Shown: positions 41,346-53,299, counted from the whole stretch's first letter. The stretch: 63,814 bases of DNA, filler included, from Octopus bimaculoides (GCF_001194135.2; 4 parts of 4 records of this genome joined end to end with filler, not necessarily neighbours in it), one strand, 5' to 3'. The notes: generated from the sequence alone by a model not told the origin. Numbers and translations are program-made.

Positions 41346-44231
41346 TGTGAGAACNNNNNNNNNNCGGGGAAGTTTAACATGTGAGAACGATAAATCACTG
41401 CTCCGAAACGTATCCAAAAACATCGTAAATAAAGACATGGCATGGAGGCAAAAAATAGCTGACAAAGGGTTGGACTATATCCGAGTAAGTAATACTCATT
41501 GAAATTTATTTCTATTTTTCCAAATATAATGATATATTTTAACTTGATACCTCCACAACCCGCACAGCGATCGTAAACACACGTGTTACATCAAAATCAG
41601 ACTATCTTCGAACCCCAAAACACCATGTACAAAAAAATTACAAACAGATCAAATAGCACCGGTATCATTCCACCCAAGAATAACAACCGAGAAGTGCGTA
41701 CTGTAAGCTTGTTACGAAAAAAGTACGAAGATCTGAACGTGCAAAACAATCTGACAACAGAAATAAACGAACCGGTACCCTACGAAAACGATGACCGTCA
41801 AAATAAAGGGCCGGACGTTGTTCCTCATGTCCCGCAAACAAAACCAAAACGGCATAAATGGACACGTGAGGAATACATTTCGATCTTACACGCCTATTTC
41901 ACAGCAGTGCTCTACCCAAAACACGAAAACGCAACAACACATACATATAAAATATGAACTAAAAATAACGTAGATATAGACCTCGATAAAACAATGAACC
42001 CTAACAAACTAGCTAACACAAGAAGTTATATTCTGAAAGCAAAAAAAATATCAGAAATAGAAATAGAACAATCGAAAGGAAAAAAAAAACATCAGGACAA
42101 TCTAGATAGTAGTCACACAGCAATGCCAAATAATAATATAAACACTGAGATAGCAAAACACGAGGACAAACGTAAAATTTCCGGCAAAAACGAAGTAAAC
42201 AAAAAACAACAAATCCAGACCGTAGAGATGTATGATAGTGTACAAAAAGTACCAATCCAGAACACCACAGACATACATATGAATGAAAAGGAAGCCAAAA
42301 CAAATCTAAAGCATGGGAAACTTAATAATTATGATACTATGGAAATCAGAATAACCAAAAAACTGAAAACCACAGATCTTAGAATGGACCACAGATTATA
42401 TCTCCCAAAAATAAAACTAGACAATAAAACAACATCAATAATAAATAGCATAAACCTGGCCGTCACGGAACTAACAACCACAGAAACAACAGGCAATATC
42501 ACTGTGTTAAATGACATAATATATGCGGCAGCCACTGCAGCCACAAAAGAAGCAGGATACTCACTCAAACCCATCCGAACAGGAGTTCTACCACCCAAAA
42601 CAGACCTTGTGGATAAATAACATCCAGAACAAAATTTAAAAAAAGAGAAAAGATTTATCGATTCTCAACGAAATTAGTAAACAATCAACACAACTAAATA
42701 ACAAGAAAACAAAAATACTGTACAAATACAGCATTACAGAAAAAGACTTACCTGNNNNNNNNNNNNNNNNNNNNNNNNNNNNNNNNNNNNNNNNNNNNNN
42801 NNNNNNNNNNNNNNNNNNNNNNNNNNNNNNNNNNNNNNNNNNNNNNNNNNNNNNNNNNNNNNNNNNNNNNNNNNNNNNNNNNNNNNNNNNNNNNNNNNNN
42901 NNNNNNNNNNNNNNNNNNNNNNNNNNNNNNNNNNNNNNNNNNNNNNNNNNNNNNNNNNNNNNNNNNNNNNNNNNNNNNNNNNNNNNNNNNNNNNNNNNNN
43001 NNNNNNNNNNNNNNNNNNNNNNNNNNNNNNNNNNNNNNNNNNNNNNNNNNNNNNNNNNNNNNNNNNNNNNNNNNNNNNNNNNNNNNNNNNNNNNNNNNNN
43101 NNNNNNNNNNNNNNNNNNNNNNNNNNNNNNNNNNNNNNNNNNNNNNNNNNNNNNNNNNNNNNNNNNNNNNNNNNNNNCTAAGCAACTGGAAGGCACTTGG
43201 ACACGACAAGATCCCCAATTTCTGGTTAAAACACCTGCCAGGAATGCATAAAAAGCTGGCAGAAAACTTTAACAACATACTAGCAGAGCCAGAGACAATG
43301 CCTGAATGGCTCACAAAAGGGAAAACCATCCTAACCCCCAAATCCACGGAAACGGAGAAACCACAAAACTATAGACCTATAACCTGTCTCGCTACGATCT
43401 ACAAAGCCTTTACTGCAATAATATCGCATAGATTGAGTAAAGAACTGGAAAATAACAACCTGTTTCTAGAAGAGCAGAACGGATGCTGCAAGGGCTCATA
43501 CGGCTGTAAAGATCAATTATTGATCAATAAAGCCATAACTGAAGACAGCCGCAGAATGAAGAAAGGCCTCAGTATGGCCTGGGTGGACTACCAAAAGGCC
43601 TTCGACAGTGTTCCCCACACGTGGATTCTGGAAACGCTAGCCATAAACAAGGTGGCACCAATTATCATAAAGTACATAAGGCACACAATGAACAAATGGC
43701 AGACGGTGATACAGCTCCAAACAAAAGAGGGACTTGTGAAAACGAAAGCCATCCCCATTAGAAAAGGAATATTCCAGGGAGACACGCTCTTTCCACTCCT
43801 GTTCTGTCTAGCACTCACACCTTTAACAGAATTGCTAGATAGAACTGGATGTGGTTACAAATGCTACGGAAAAACAGTCAGCAACCTTCTATATATGGAT
43901 GACCTAAAATTATATGCTAAAAACGACAAAGAGCTAGAAACACTGCTACAGACAGTACACGGCTTTACCAAGGAAATAGATATGAAATTCGGATTAGAAA
44001 AATGTGCCAAAGCAACCCTAAAGATAGGAAAATTATTTAAAAGCAGCAATATAACACTAGATAAAGCCAATGAAATAAGAGAACAAGACGAAAGCCACCC
44101 ATACAAGTATTTAGGAGTCAATGAACTAGATAGGATACAACATACACAAATGAAAGAAAAAATAAAGAAAGAGTACTATAGACGAGTTAGATCAATACTA
44201 AAAACAGAGCTCAATGCTAAAAACAAGATAA
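41320..44231 (+). mobile_element. Near full-length R4/Dong-clade retrotransposon (copy B); 3' end lost at a gap/linker
   Basis: 5' UTR, then an N-terminal ORF region with KWTREEY...KLANTRSYILK (41583-42620, one in-frame TGA at 41955-41957), then the RT domain. Confidence 0.88.
43180..44231 (+). CDS. Reverse transcriptase domain of the R4/Dong element (partial; both ends at gaps)
   Basis: Open frame with NYRPITCL, DYQKAFDSVPHTW, GIFQGDTLFPLLFCLAL, LYMDDLKLYA and YKYLG. Confidence 0.92.
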
Positions 44232-44331
44232 NNNNNNNNNNNNNNNNNNNNNNNNNNNNNNNNNNNNNNNNNNNNTTAATTAATTAANNNNNNNNNNNNN
44301 NNNNNNNNNNNNNNNNNNNNNNNNNNNNNNN
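44232..44331. other. Artificial 100-bp scaffold spacer N44-TTAATTAATTAA-N44
   Basis: Same layout as 22176-22275. Confidence 0.9.
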
Positions 44332-44409
44332 TCTCCCCTTATCTTCTGACCTCTCCCCCTCCGTCTGCCGCCACCACCACCACCACCACCACCACCACCT
44401 CGAACGCCA

Positions 44410-45472
44410 GTCTTGATAACCCTTAACTACATCCACTCACTCAACCCTCCACCCTTCGCTCATTACACATGCACACGCACACACATATATGCATGCAGAC
44501 ACACAGTCAGAAGCACGCGTGCGCGCACACTTACACGCACTCATCTACATGTTCAACCTTCTACCTTTTACTCACTACACACGTACACACATGCGTACAT
44601 ACACACACAAGCGCACACACCCACACACATTGCTTTACCTAACAACAGTAACAGTTTATGTGCAGGAACACTAACCCTGTGCACATACACACACACACGC
44701 ACGCATTTACGCACACATGCACAATCATGCACAGGCAAATACACATACATGCAGAAACATACACACTCACACACATATACTCTCCCCCCCCCCACACACA
44801 CACACAGTNNNNNNNNNNACACACATATACTCTCCCCCCCCCCACACACACACACAGTTTTATCGTCTCTGCTTATATCCCAACATTAAACGACAACAAA
44901 CCATGGACAGACACACTGACGCATCATGCACATGCACCAAAGCATGCACTGACATGCACATTTGCACGTACTGTCGCATTCAACACATTAACGCATACAT
45001 GTACACCAACACACACACACACACATGCATACATCTATATTGACACATACACATGTACACATTTTTATTTGTATGTGCACACAAATGCATATAAGTGCAT
45101 ATATATATATATACATTTACATAAAACATACACATGCATATATATATGCTGCACACAAATGCATATACACAGACATATACTTGCACTAACACAGACCCAT
45201 ACACACACACACACACACACACACAGGTATATATACACATACAGATTCACACATGCACACATTGACTCCTACATATATATGCATATATGCTGTCACTTAT
45301 GTGTGCAATCATGCATGTGCTAACACACAGGCACACATACACACACATACTAACACACATAGCCACATATAGACACTCTGTTACACATACATTGGCTCGT
45401 ATATACACATACGCACACTCATGAATACATGAACTAACACACAGGCACTTACACATACTGACACACATAGCT

Positions 45473-45505
<33 letters not shown>

Positions 45506-45700
45506 TATTTACACATACATACTATCACTTATACGTACTCTAAAGCTCGTACTTACGGAGTTTGACTCACACACACACATTTACATACATTAACACACAA
45601 ACATTCATACATAAATACATCAATACACACACACACACATTCATACATAAATACATATATACATACATCAACACACACACACACACACACACACATGCAG
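44410..45700 (+). repeat. Long degenerate (CA)n/(CATA)n low-complexity tract
   Basis: Direct reading. Confidence 0.9.
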
Positions 45701-47591
45701 GCATGCATATATCTGTCACAACAGTAATAGTTCCTTACCACCACGCCGCCACCCCCACCCCACCACCCCCAAAGANNNNNNNNNNNNNNNNNNNNNNNNN
45801 NNNNNNNNNNNNNNNNNNNNNNNNNNNNNNNNNNNNNNNNNNNNNNNNNNNNNNNNNNNNNNNNNNNNNNNNNNNNNNNNNNNNNNNNNNNNNNNNNNNN
45901 NNNNNNNNNNNNNNNNNNNNNNNNNNNNNNNNNNNNNNNNNNNNNNNNNNACTGTCGGTATGAAAGAGGTTCTTTACATGTTTCAACAACATCCCCCCCA
46001 CTTCACCCTCACCCTAGTTCTTGCTGCCTTTAAGGGGCCTTTTTGCCTGTTTTGTTTTTTTTTGGTTTTATTTTGAAAATTTAATTTTTTTTATTTTATT
46101 TTCTTCATATTTATTTCATGGTTTTTGATTGACAGTGTCTGAGTAATGAGTGGAGGGGGGGGGGCAGTAGTGGTGATACTGATGATGATGGTGGTGGTGT
46201 TGGTGGTAGTGATGGTGGTGGTAATGATTCAAAGTACGATCATAGTTGTGGCAGTAATAGTAGCAATAGACACCATAATGGGAAAGCAGTAGCAGCAGCA
46301 GCAGCAACTATTGTTCTATTAAAAGTAATGATGTTGATACTTCCATTAATAGTAGCAGTAGTAGTGGTGGTGGTATTGCAGCTACAAACTGCATATGTTG
46401 TGGAGGTGGTGTGTTTATATGTTCCCAGGTAAATAAATAAAAGACATTGTCTATTCCTTTATTTCACTCTTAATTCTTCATTGAATTGGTTTCACTCATT
46501 TGGTTGTCGCTGGTACATCACCTTCAAGGGTTTTTTTTTTTTAGTGGGAGGGGTGGAGGGACAATCATATCATCGACACCCCCCACACACGCCACCACCC
46601 CCACNNNNNNNNNNNNNNNNNNNNNNNNNNNNNNNNNNNNNNNNNNNNNNNNNNNNNNNNNNNNNNNNNNNNNNNNNNNNNNNNNNNNNNNNNNNNNNNN
46701 NNNNNNNNNNNNNNNNNNNNNNNNNNNNNNNNNNNNNNNNNNNNNNNNNNNNNNNNNNNNNNNNNNNNNNNNNNNNNNNNNNNNNNNNNNNNNNNNNNNN
46801 NNNNNNNNNNNNNNNNNNNNNNNNNNNNNNNNNNNNNNNNNNNNNNNNNNNNNNNNNNNNNNNNNNNNNNNNNNNNNNNNNNNNNNNNNNNNNNNNNNNN
46901 NNNNNNNNNNNNNNNNNNNNNNNNNNNNNNNNNNNNNNNNNNNNNNNNNNNNNNNNNNNNNNNNNNNNNNNNNNNNNNNNNNNNNNNNNNNNNNNNNNNN
47001 NNNNNNNNNNNNNNNNNNNNNNNNNNNNNNNNNNNNNNNNNNNNNNNNNNNNNNNNNNNNNNNNNNNNNNNNNNNNNNNNNNNNNNNNNNNNNNNNNNNN
47101 NNNNNNNNNNNNNNNNNNNNNNNNNNNNNNNNNNNNNNNNNNNNNNNNNNNNNNNNNNNNNNNNNNNNNNNNNNNNNNNNNNNNNNNNNNNNNNNNNNNN
47201 NNNNNNNNNNNNNNNNNNNNNNNNNNNNNNNNNNNNNNNNNNNNNNNNNNNNNNNNNNNNNNNNNNNNNNNNNNNNNNNNNNNNNNNNNNNNNNNNNNNN
47301 NNNNNNNNNNNNNNNNNNNNNNNNNNNNNNNNNNNNNNNNNNNNNNNNNNNNNNNNNNNNNNNNNNNNNNNNNNNNNNNNNNNNNNNNNNNNNNNNNNNN
47401 NNNNNNNNNNNNNNNNNNNNNNNNNNNNNNNNNNNNNNNNNNNNNNNNNNNNNNNNNNNNNNNNNNNNNNNNNNNNNNNNNNNNNNNNNNNNNNNNNNNN
47501 NNNNNNNGCGGCTTTAAATGATGATGGTGAAGATGATATGTATGTATGTATGTATGACTATATATGTGTGTGTGTGTGTGTGTACGTACAA

Positions 47592-47631
<40 letters not shown>

Positions 47632-47713
47632 CTCTGTGTGTGTTTTGATATATGTGACTATCTATGTATATGTGTATATATATATACATATATATATATG
47701 TATATATATATAC

Positions 47714-47745
<32 letters not shown>

Positions 47746-47750
47746 GACTC

Positions 47751-47784
<34 letters not shown>

Positions 47785-48599
47785 TTTGTATATACACACA
47801 TATTTGTATATATATTGTGTGTGTGCGTGTGTATATTTATGCCCACCTAAACATGGATGTTCTGTTTGTACAAACTATACTGCTGTAAATGACACGAGAG
47901 ACACTCTCCCACTGGCTTCTGGTTCAAATTGCTCTCTCATTTATAATTAAACACACATAACTGGCTTCTGCACAATTTCAGCCCATTATATCATTGTCTT
48001 CTGATATTGCTCAACCCAAGACTACAGTAGCAGACACTGGAACAATTCTTAACTAACAACCATTTTAGAATGGTATGGCGGTAGTATTTGAGGGAAGGTT
48101 CAGCTGCCTTTTCTTGCAGGTCAAAGGATGCCTTTATCCTATGAATAAGCCATTTAATGGCAGGGTTGGAATTTGACAAAAACTGCTAATTACTATCTTT
48201 TCAGACTATCAATGTACTGGCTTAGTAATTCTTCATTGATTTGTAATTAATTATGTATTAGGTAAAAATAAATAAATAAAATCAAAAAAAAAAAACAGAA
48301 AAAAAACACTAGCATTATCAAAGGGGAAATTATTTCTTGAACGATGTAATTTGTAATAATGAAAGAAAATATTTACAATAAATATTAAAAAATAGAGAAA
48401 GAATNNNNNNNNNNNNNNNNNNNNNNNNNNNNNNNNNNNNNNNNNNNNNNNNNNNNNNNNNNNNNNNNNNNNNNNNNNNNNNNNNNNNNNNNNNNNNNNN
48501 NNNNNNNNNNNNNNNNNNNNNNNNNNNNNNNNNNNNNNNNNNNNNNNNNNNNNNNNNNNNNNNNNNNNNNNNNNNNNNNNNNNNNNNNNATCCCTTAAA

Positions 48600-48789
48600 T
48601 TACAGACCTTGTGTCTACACTGGAAACATTTTATTAGGGTTTTCATGTTCTGAGTTCAAATCCCACCAAGACTGACTTTGCCTTTTGTCCCTCCAGGGTT
48701 AATAAAATGAAGTGCCGGTCCAGTTCTGAGACTGATGTAATTCACTTGGCCCTCCCCTCAAAATTGGTGACCTTGTGCCTAAATCAGAC

Positions 48790-48790
<1 letters not shown>
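48600..48790 (+). mobile_element. SINE of a second family, ending in a (TTA)n tail
   Basis: gagttcaaatccc B-box-like motif and gactttgccttt core; similar to 49858-50039. Confidence 0.7.
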
Positions 48791-48823
<33 letters not shown>

Positions 48824-49250
48824 GAGTGAGACAGCAGTGTATGCCATCAAAGTGACACTGGAGTAAAATATACAAAACCCAGTGTACCCATCATGACTAC
48901 CCGTCTAATAAGGATACACCAGGCACATGCATCACAACCATGTGTGTGTGACAGGGTGATCTCATATCAAGGTAAACAGCGCATGACCTTGCAGGTGGGG
49001 ACCAGTTAGAATTTTCTTTGGGTCAAGTAGCCCATCCTGCTTGAAAGGTCCCTGAATAAGGGTCGTTTAAGGATGTTGAATGAAACACCCATGTTTCCAG
49101 AGGTGAATTATTCAAACCCCAAAGAATTCCTCTCAACACATGACTGTGATGCTCCCCCACTACTTCTGCTCATGATCAGAGATGCACATATCGTCAGCCA
49201 CTAAGGGACATGCTCAACTGGTTAAGGTCAAACAACTGACAAGCAAATCT
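48824..49250 (-). mobile_element. TAA-tailed interspersed repeat (copy 3)
   Basis: Reverse complement is colinear with 1981-2408; its tail is the (TTA)n at 48790-48823. Confidence 0.88.
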
Positions 49251-49720
49251 ATTGTTAAAAATCGTTGTGCACACACCTTCAGATATTCTAGGAAGGTTAA
49301 CATCCTTGACACGAGTATCTCACCCATTCTCTGTTCCATATCACAATATGGATTCAGGCCACTGCACTCAGCCAACCACATTTTACTCCAGAAACCTAAC
49401 CCAGAAAAATACACTATAGCTTCAACAACACAAACAAACAAACCCAACTTCCCACATATACCATTCTTAACTACCATTGACGTCAGCAATGCTTTTAATT
49501 CCATTCCACCACACTCGATCCACTCGTGAAAACATGAAAATATCACCACCACTTCAAGAAAACAAACACAAACAACACAAAAACTCTGGCTGGCAAAACT
49601 AACTGATTGTCAGGTTGCCAAGCTTGTGTCGTATACAAGAACTATTCTTCCAGAGCCTGAAAATCCCTAGTGGAGTTCCCAATGGATCCGTCTCCTCCCC
49701 CACTGTTTTCAGTTTATACT
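49245..49720 (+). mobile_element. LINE RT fragment (I/Jockey-like)
   Basis: SQYGFRPLHSA, TTIDVSNAFNSIPPH and GVPNGSVSSPTVFSL correspond to the QHGFR, D.SKAFD and GVPQGSVLSP motifs. Confidence 0.75.
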
Positions 49721-49857
49721 AACACAAAAATGTGTAGCTACACCTACACAGCATTCTCGTATTTCCACACATACATAGAGAAATAGCGAAATATAGTCAG
49801 CCTCCCACTCAGATGACCTAGCCTGAGCATTTCTGCCAAAGTTTACCTTGGGATTAT

Positions 49858-50039
49858 AAGGCAGTGGAGCTGGCAGAATCATTAGTATGCTGGGCAAAAT
49901 GTTTAGCAGCATTTCATCTGCCTTTACATTTTGAGTTCAAATTCTGCCAAGGTCGACTGTACCTTTCATCCTTTCGAGGTCAATAAAATAAGTACCAATT
50001 GAGTGTGTGTGGGGGGGGATTGATGTAATTGACTTGCAC
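49858..50039 (+). mobile_element. SINE of the second family (tRNA-like head)
   Basis: ggcagtggagctggcagaat...gagttcaaattctgccaaggtcgac...ctttcatcctttcgaggtc. Confidence 0.75.
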
Positions 50040-50139
50040 NNNNNNNNNNNNNNNNNNNNNNNNNNNNNNNNNNNNNNNNNNNNTTAATTAATTAANNNNN
50101 NNNNNNNNNNNNNNNNNNNNNNNNNNNNNNNNNNNNNNN
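50040..50139. other. Artificial 100-bp scaffold spacer N44-TTAATTAATTAA-N44
   Basis: Same layout as the other two. Confidence 0.9.
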
Positions 50140-50163
<24 letters not shown>

Positions 50164-50171
<8 letters not shown>

Positions 50172-51373
50172 TATGTGACACTTATTCAGTAGCCATGATA
50201 AAACTCCGAGTTTCGGATGCCAGGGTGGGAGCCCACACCAACATCTATTCAGTTATCTGGCCAATTGAAAATTCTTGTGAAAAATGACCGTTAAAAACAA
50301 AGGGAAATTACTGTGTAGTGACAAGGTCAAAACGCATCTAAAACTGCGTATATTATCGCATGCACGTATATATCTACATTCCGAACGTATCCACGCGCAC
50401 ACTCACAAGCGCGCGCATATAAAGTTCCTTGTACGTGTCTATAGGTGTACAGGAAAAACACAAGGTGGAGGAGAGAAAACAGAAAAATATATGTGGAAAA
50501 AATACAAAAGCATTAACCCTATAATTATGTAAAAAAAACATTAAAATAATTAATAATATAAAAAAATATTGAAAATTTTTAGAAATATAAAAAATATAAA
50601 ATCCAAGTAAAAAAGGTGAAAAGCTTATACATAGACACAATATAGAAACCCATCAGTACAGTCCCATCAGCAGGTCCTATCAGTAAAAATATTTTAAAAT
50701 ATTTTTAAAATATATATAAGATATAGCCGCAGGAGTGGCTGTGTGGTAAGTAACTTGCTTACCAACCACATGGTTCCGGGTTCAGTCCCACTGCGTGGCA
50801 TCTTGGGAAAGTGTCTTCGACTATAGCCTCGGGCCGACCAAAGCCTTGTGAGTGGATTTGGTAGACGGAAACTGAAAGAAGCCTGTCATATATGTATATA
50901 TATATATGTATGTGTGTTAGTGTCTGTATTTGTCCCCCCACCATCGCTTGACAACCGATGCTGGTGTGTTTACGTCCCCGTAACTTAGAGGTTCGGCAAA
51001 AAGAGACCGATAGAATAAGTCCTGGGGTCGATTTCCTCGACTACAGGTGGTGCTCCAGCATGGCCGCAGTCAAATGACTGAAACAAGTAAAAGAGTAAAA
51101 GAGTAAGATATGTAAGTAATAATTATAGAGAGATAAAAAGCTTATAGATAGACACAAAAATATAAAGCAAGTCCTATCAGTAAACTCAGGGGGACCAAAA
51201 ACGTAGCAAATATCTGGCCACATGTGGACATGATCCGAAAAGTTCAGTCTTTGAATGTAGACTTGTGGTGGGTCTAAGCTGCTTTTCCAGATGAACCATC
51301 CTTCCATATCACCCTGGCATCCAAAACTTGGAGTTTTATCATGGCTACTGAATAAGTGTTACATATGTTTACA
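50164..51373. mobile_element. ~1.2-kb segment bounded by 64-bp inverted repeats (MITE-like or inverted pLTR)
   Basis: 50164-50227 matches the reverse complement of 51310-51373 at 60 of 64 positions; no coding capacity seen inside. Confidence 0.65.
50725..51103 (+). mobile_element. Near full-length tRNA-derived SINE with candidate 8-bp TSD
   Basis: A-box-like tggctgtgtgg, B-box-like gggttcagtccc, internal (AT) repeat and (AAAGAGT)n tail. TAAGATAT occurs at 50717-50724 and 51104-51111. Confidence 0.93.
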
Positions 51374-51434
51374 GATAAATTCCTCTATTTGCATAATATC
51401 GAGGTCTCTTTCTTTCTTTTGTTGTCCTTCCTGT

Positions 51435-51495
<61 letters not shown>

Positions 51496-51676
51496 CAAGT
51501 TAAAAGGGTGGCTTATAGCAATTAGAACCTAAAAGCAAAATTAACAGAGGTTACAAAAGTGACAGAGGGTACTGGCTAGCACCGTTTTTGCTAAAAATAA
51601 GAGTTGAAATAACTCAAAAGCTACAAAACCACTGTCTTAATGATTGACAAAGGGAGGTAAGTCCCCAATATACATA

Positions 51677-51730
51677 GTCGGATCAAGATTTCGGATATTG
51701 ATGTAGACCATCTTAATCTTCATTAGCAAC
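51677..51730 (-). ncRNA. Degenerate minimal type I hammerhead ribozyme motif (left arm)
   Basis: Minus strand reads GTTG CTAATGA AGATTAAGATG gtcta CATCAATATCC GAA ATCTTGAT C CGAC. Stem I is GTTG/CGAC and the core has G5->A. Confidence 0.6.
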
Positions 51731-51908
51731 TCTTAACACCTAGGGTTAAATTCAACTGTTTTTGTCAGTCTTACAAGAAAAGCCGTTGAAAACATGCTTT
51801 TTAATTTGTTCTTTACACTTTTACTGTATTGAAAATCAGCAAACGTTTTCAACGGTTTTTCTTATAAAACTGGCTGAGTTAGTTTGAGCTTAACTCTAGG
51901 CGTTAAGA

Positions 51909-51958
51909 GTTGCTGATGAAGTATAAGATGGTCTACATCAAAATCCGAAATCGCAATC
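51909..51958 (+). ncRNA. Degenerate minimal type I hammerhead ribozyme motif (right arm)
   Basis: GTTG CTGATGA AGTATAAGATG gtcta CATCAAAATCC GAA ATCGCAAT C. The core is intact but the 4-nt 3' strand of stem I is deleted relative to the left arm. Confidence 0.6.
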
Positions 51959-52140
51959 TATGTATGCTGGGTACTTACCTCCTTTTGTTAGTTATTAAAA
52001 CAGTACTTTTGTGGCTGTTGAGTTGTTTTAACTCTTATTTTTAGCAAAAGCGGTGCTAGTCAGTACCTTCTGTCACTTTTGTGATCTCTATTAATTTTGC
52101 CTTTAGGTTCTAATTGCTAATAAGCCACACTTTTTTATTT

Positions 52141-52391
52141 TTTGTTTAAACTTTTACCGTTTTGAAAATCAACGCATGTTTTCAACGGTTTTTCTTATGA
52201 GACTGACAAAGGTAGTTGAGTTTGAGGATTAAGATGTCTCCATCAAAATCCGAAATCGCAATCTATGTATGCTGGGTACTTACCTCCTTTTGTTAGTTAT
52301 TAAAACAGTACTTTTGTGGCTGTTGAGTTGTTTTAACTCTTATTTTTAGCAAAAGCGGTGCTAGTCAGTACCTTCTGTCACTTTTGTGATC
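52141..52391 (+). repeat. Third, internally deleted copy of the fold-back right arm, ending at an N gap
   Basis: The 3' ~150 bp appears identical to the right arm from ~51936 to 52085; the segment carrying CTGATGA is absent. Confidence 0.8.
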
Positions 52392-53299
52392 NNNNNNNNN
52401 NNNNNNNNNNNNNNNNNNNNNNNNNNNNNNNNNNNNNNNNNNNNNNNNNNNNNNNNNNNNNNNNNNNNNNNNNNNNNNNNNNNNNNNNNNNNNNNNNNNN
52501 NNNNNNNNNNNNNNNNNNNNNNNNNNNNNNNNNNNNNNNNNNNNNNNNNNNNNNNNNNNNNNNNNNNNNNNNNNNNNNNNNNNNNNNNNNNNNNNNNNNN
52601 NNNNNNNNNNNNNNNNNNNNNNNNNNNNNNNNNNNNNNNNNNNNNNNNNNNNNNNNNNNNNNNNNNNNNNNNNNNNNNNNNNNNNNNNNNNNNNNNNNNN
52701 NNNNNNNNNNNNNNNNNNNNNNNNNNNNNNNNNNNNNNNNNNNNNNNNNNNNNNNNNNNNNNNNNNNNNNNNNNNNNNNNNNNNNNNNNNNNNNNNNNNN
52801 NNNNNNNNNNNNNNNNNNNNNNNNNNNNNNNNNNNNNNNNNNNNNNNNNNNNNNNNNNNNNNNNNNNNNNNNNNNNNNNNNNNNNNNNNNNNNNNNNNNN
52901 NNNNNNNNNNNNNNNNNNNNNNNNNNNNNNNNNNNNNNNNNNNNNNNNNNNNNNNNNNNNNNNNNNNNNNNNNNNNNNNNNNNNNNNNNNNNNNNNNNNN
53001 NNNNNNNNNNNNNNNNNNNNNNNNNNNNNNNNNNNNNNNNNNNNNNNTATATATATATATATGAACTCCTATAGGAATTTATATACCACGAACAAGAAGC
53101 ATTTCTACCACATCTACACACCACTTTCTTTGGATAATGGAACTGCAACTTTATATATGTTATATATTTTTATTTTTATTTTTATTTTTATATCTACTTT
53201 CATTCTCCTATTTCCCTCTATACTCCTTATTTCCTTCCTTTTCCAAAATAACTCCTTATATTAACTCTAATATTTTCCCCTGTATAACTATTTCACGTT

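Larger units (their letters stand above)
51502..52134. mobile_element. Fold-back element with ~290-bp inverted arms and a ~50-bp spacer
   Basis: 51502-51794 aligns along its length with the reverse complement of 51844-52134 (roughly 80% by eye). Confidence 0.9.
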
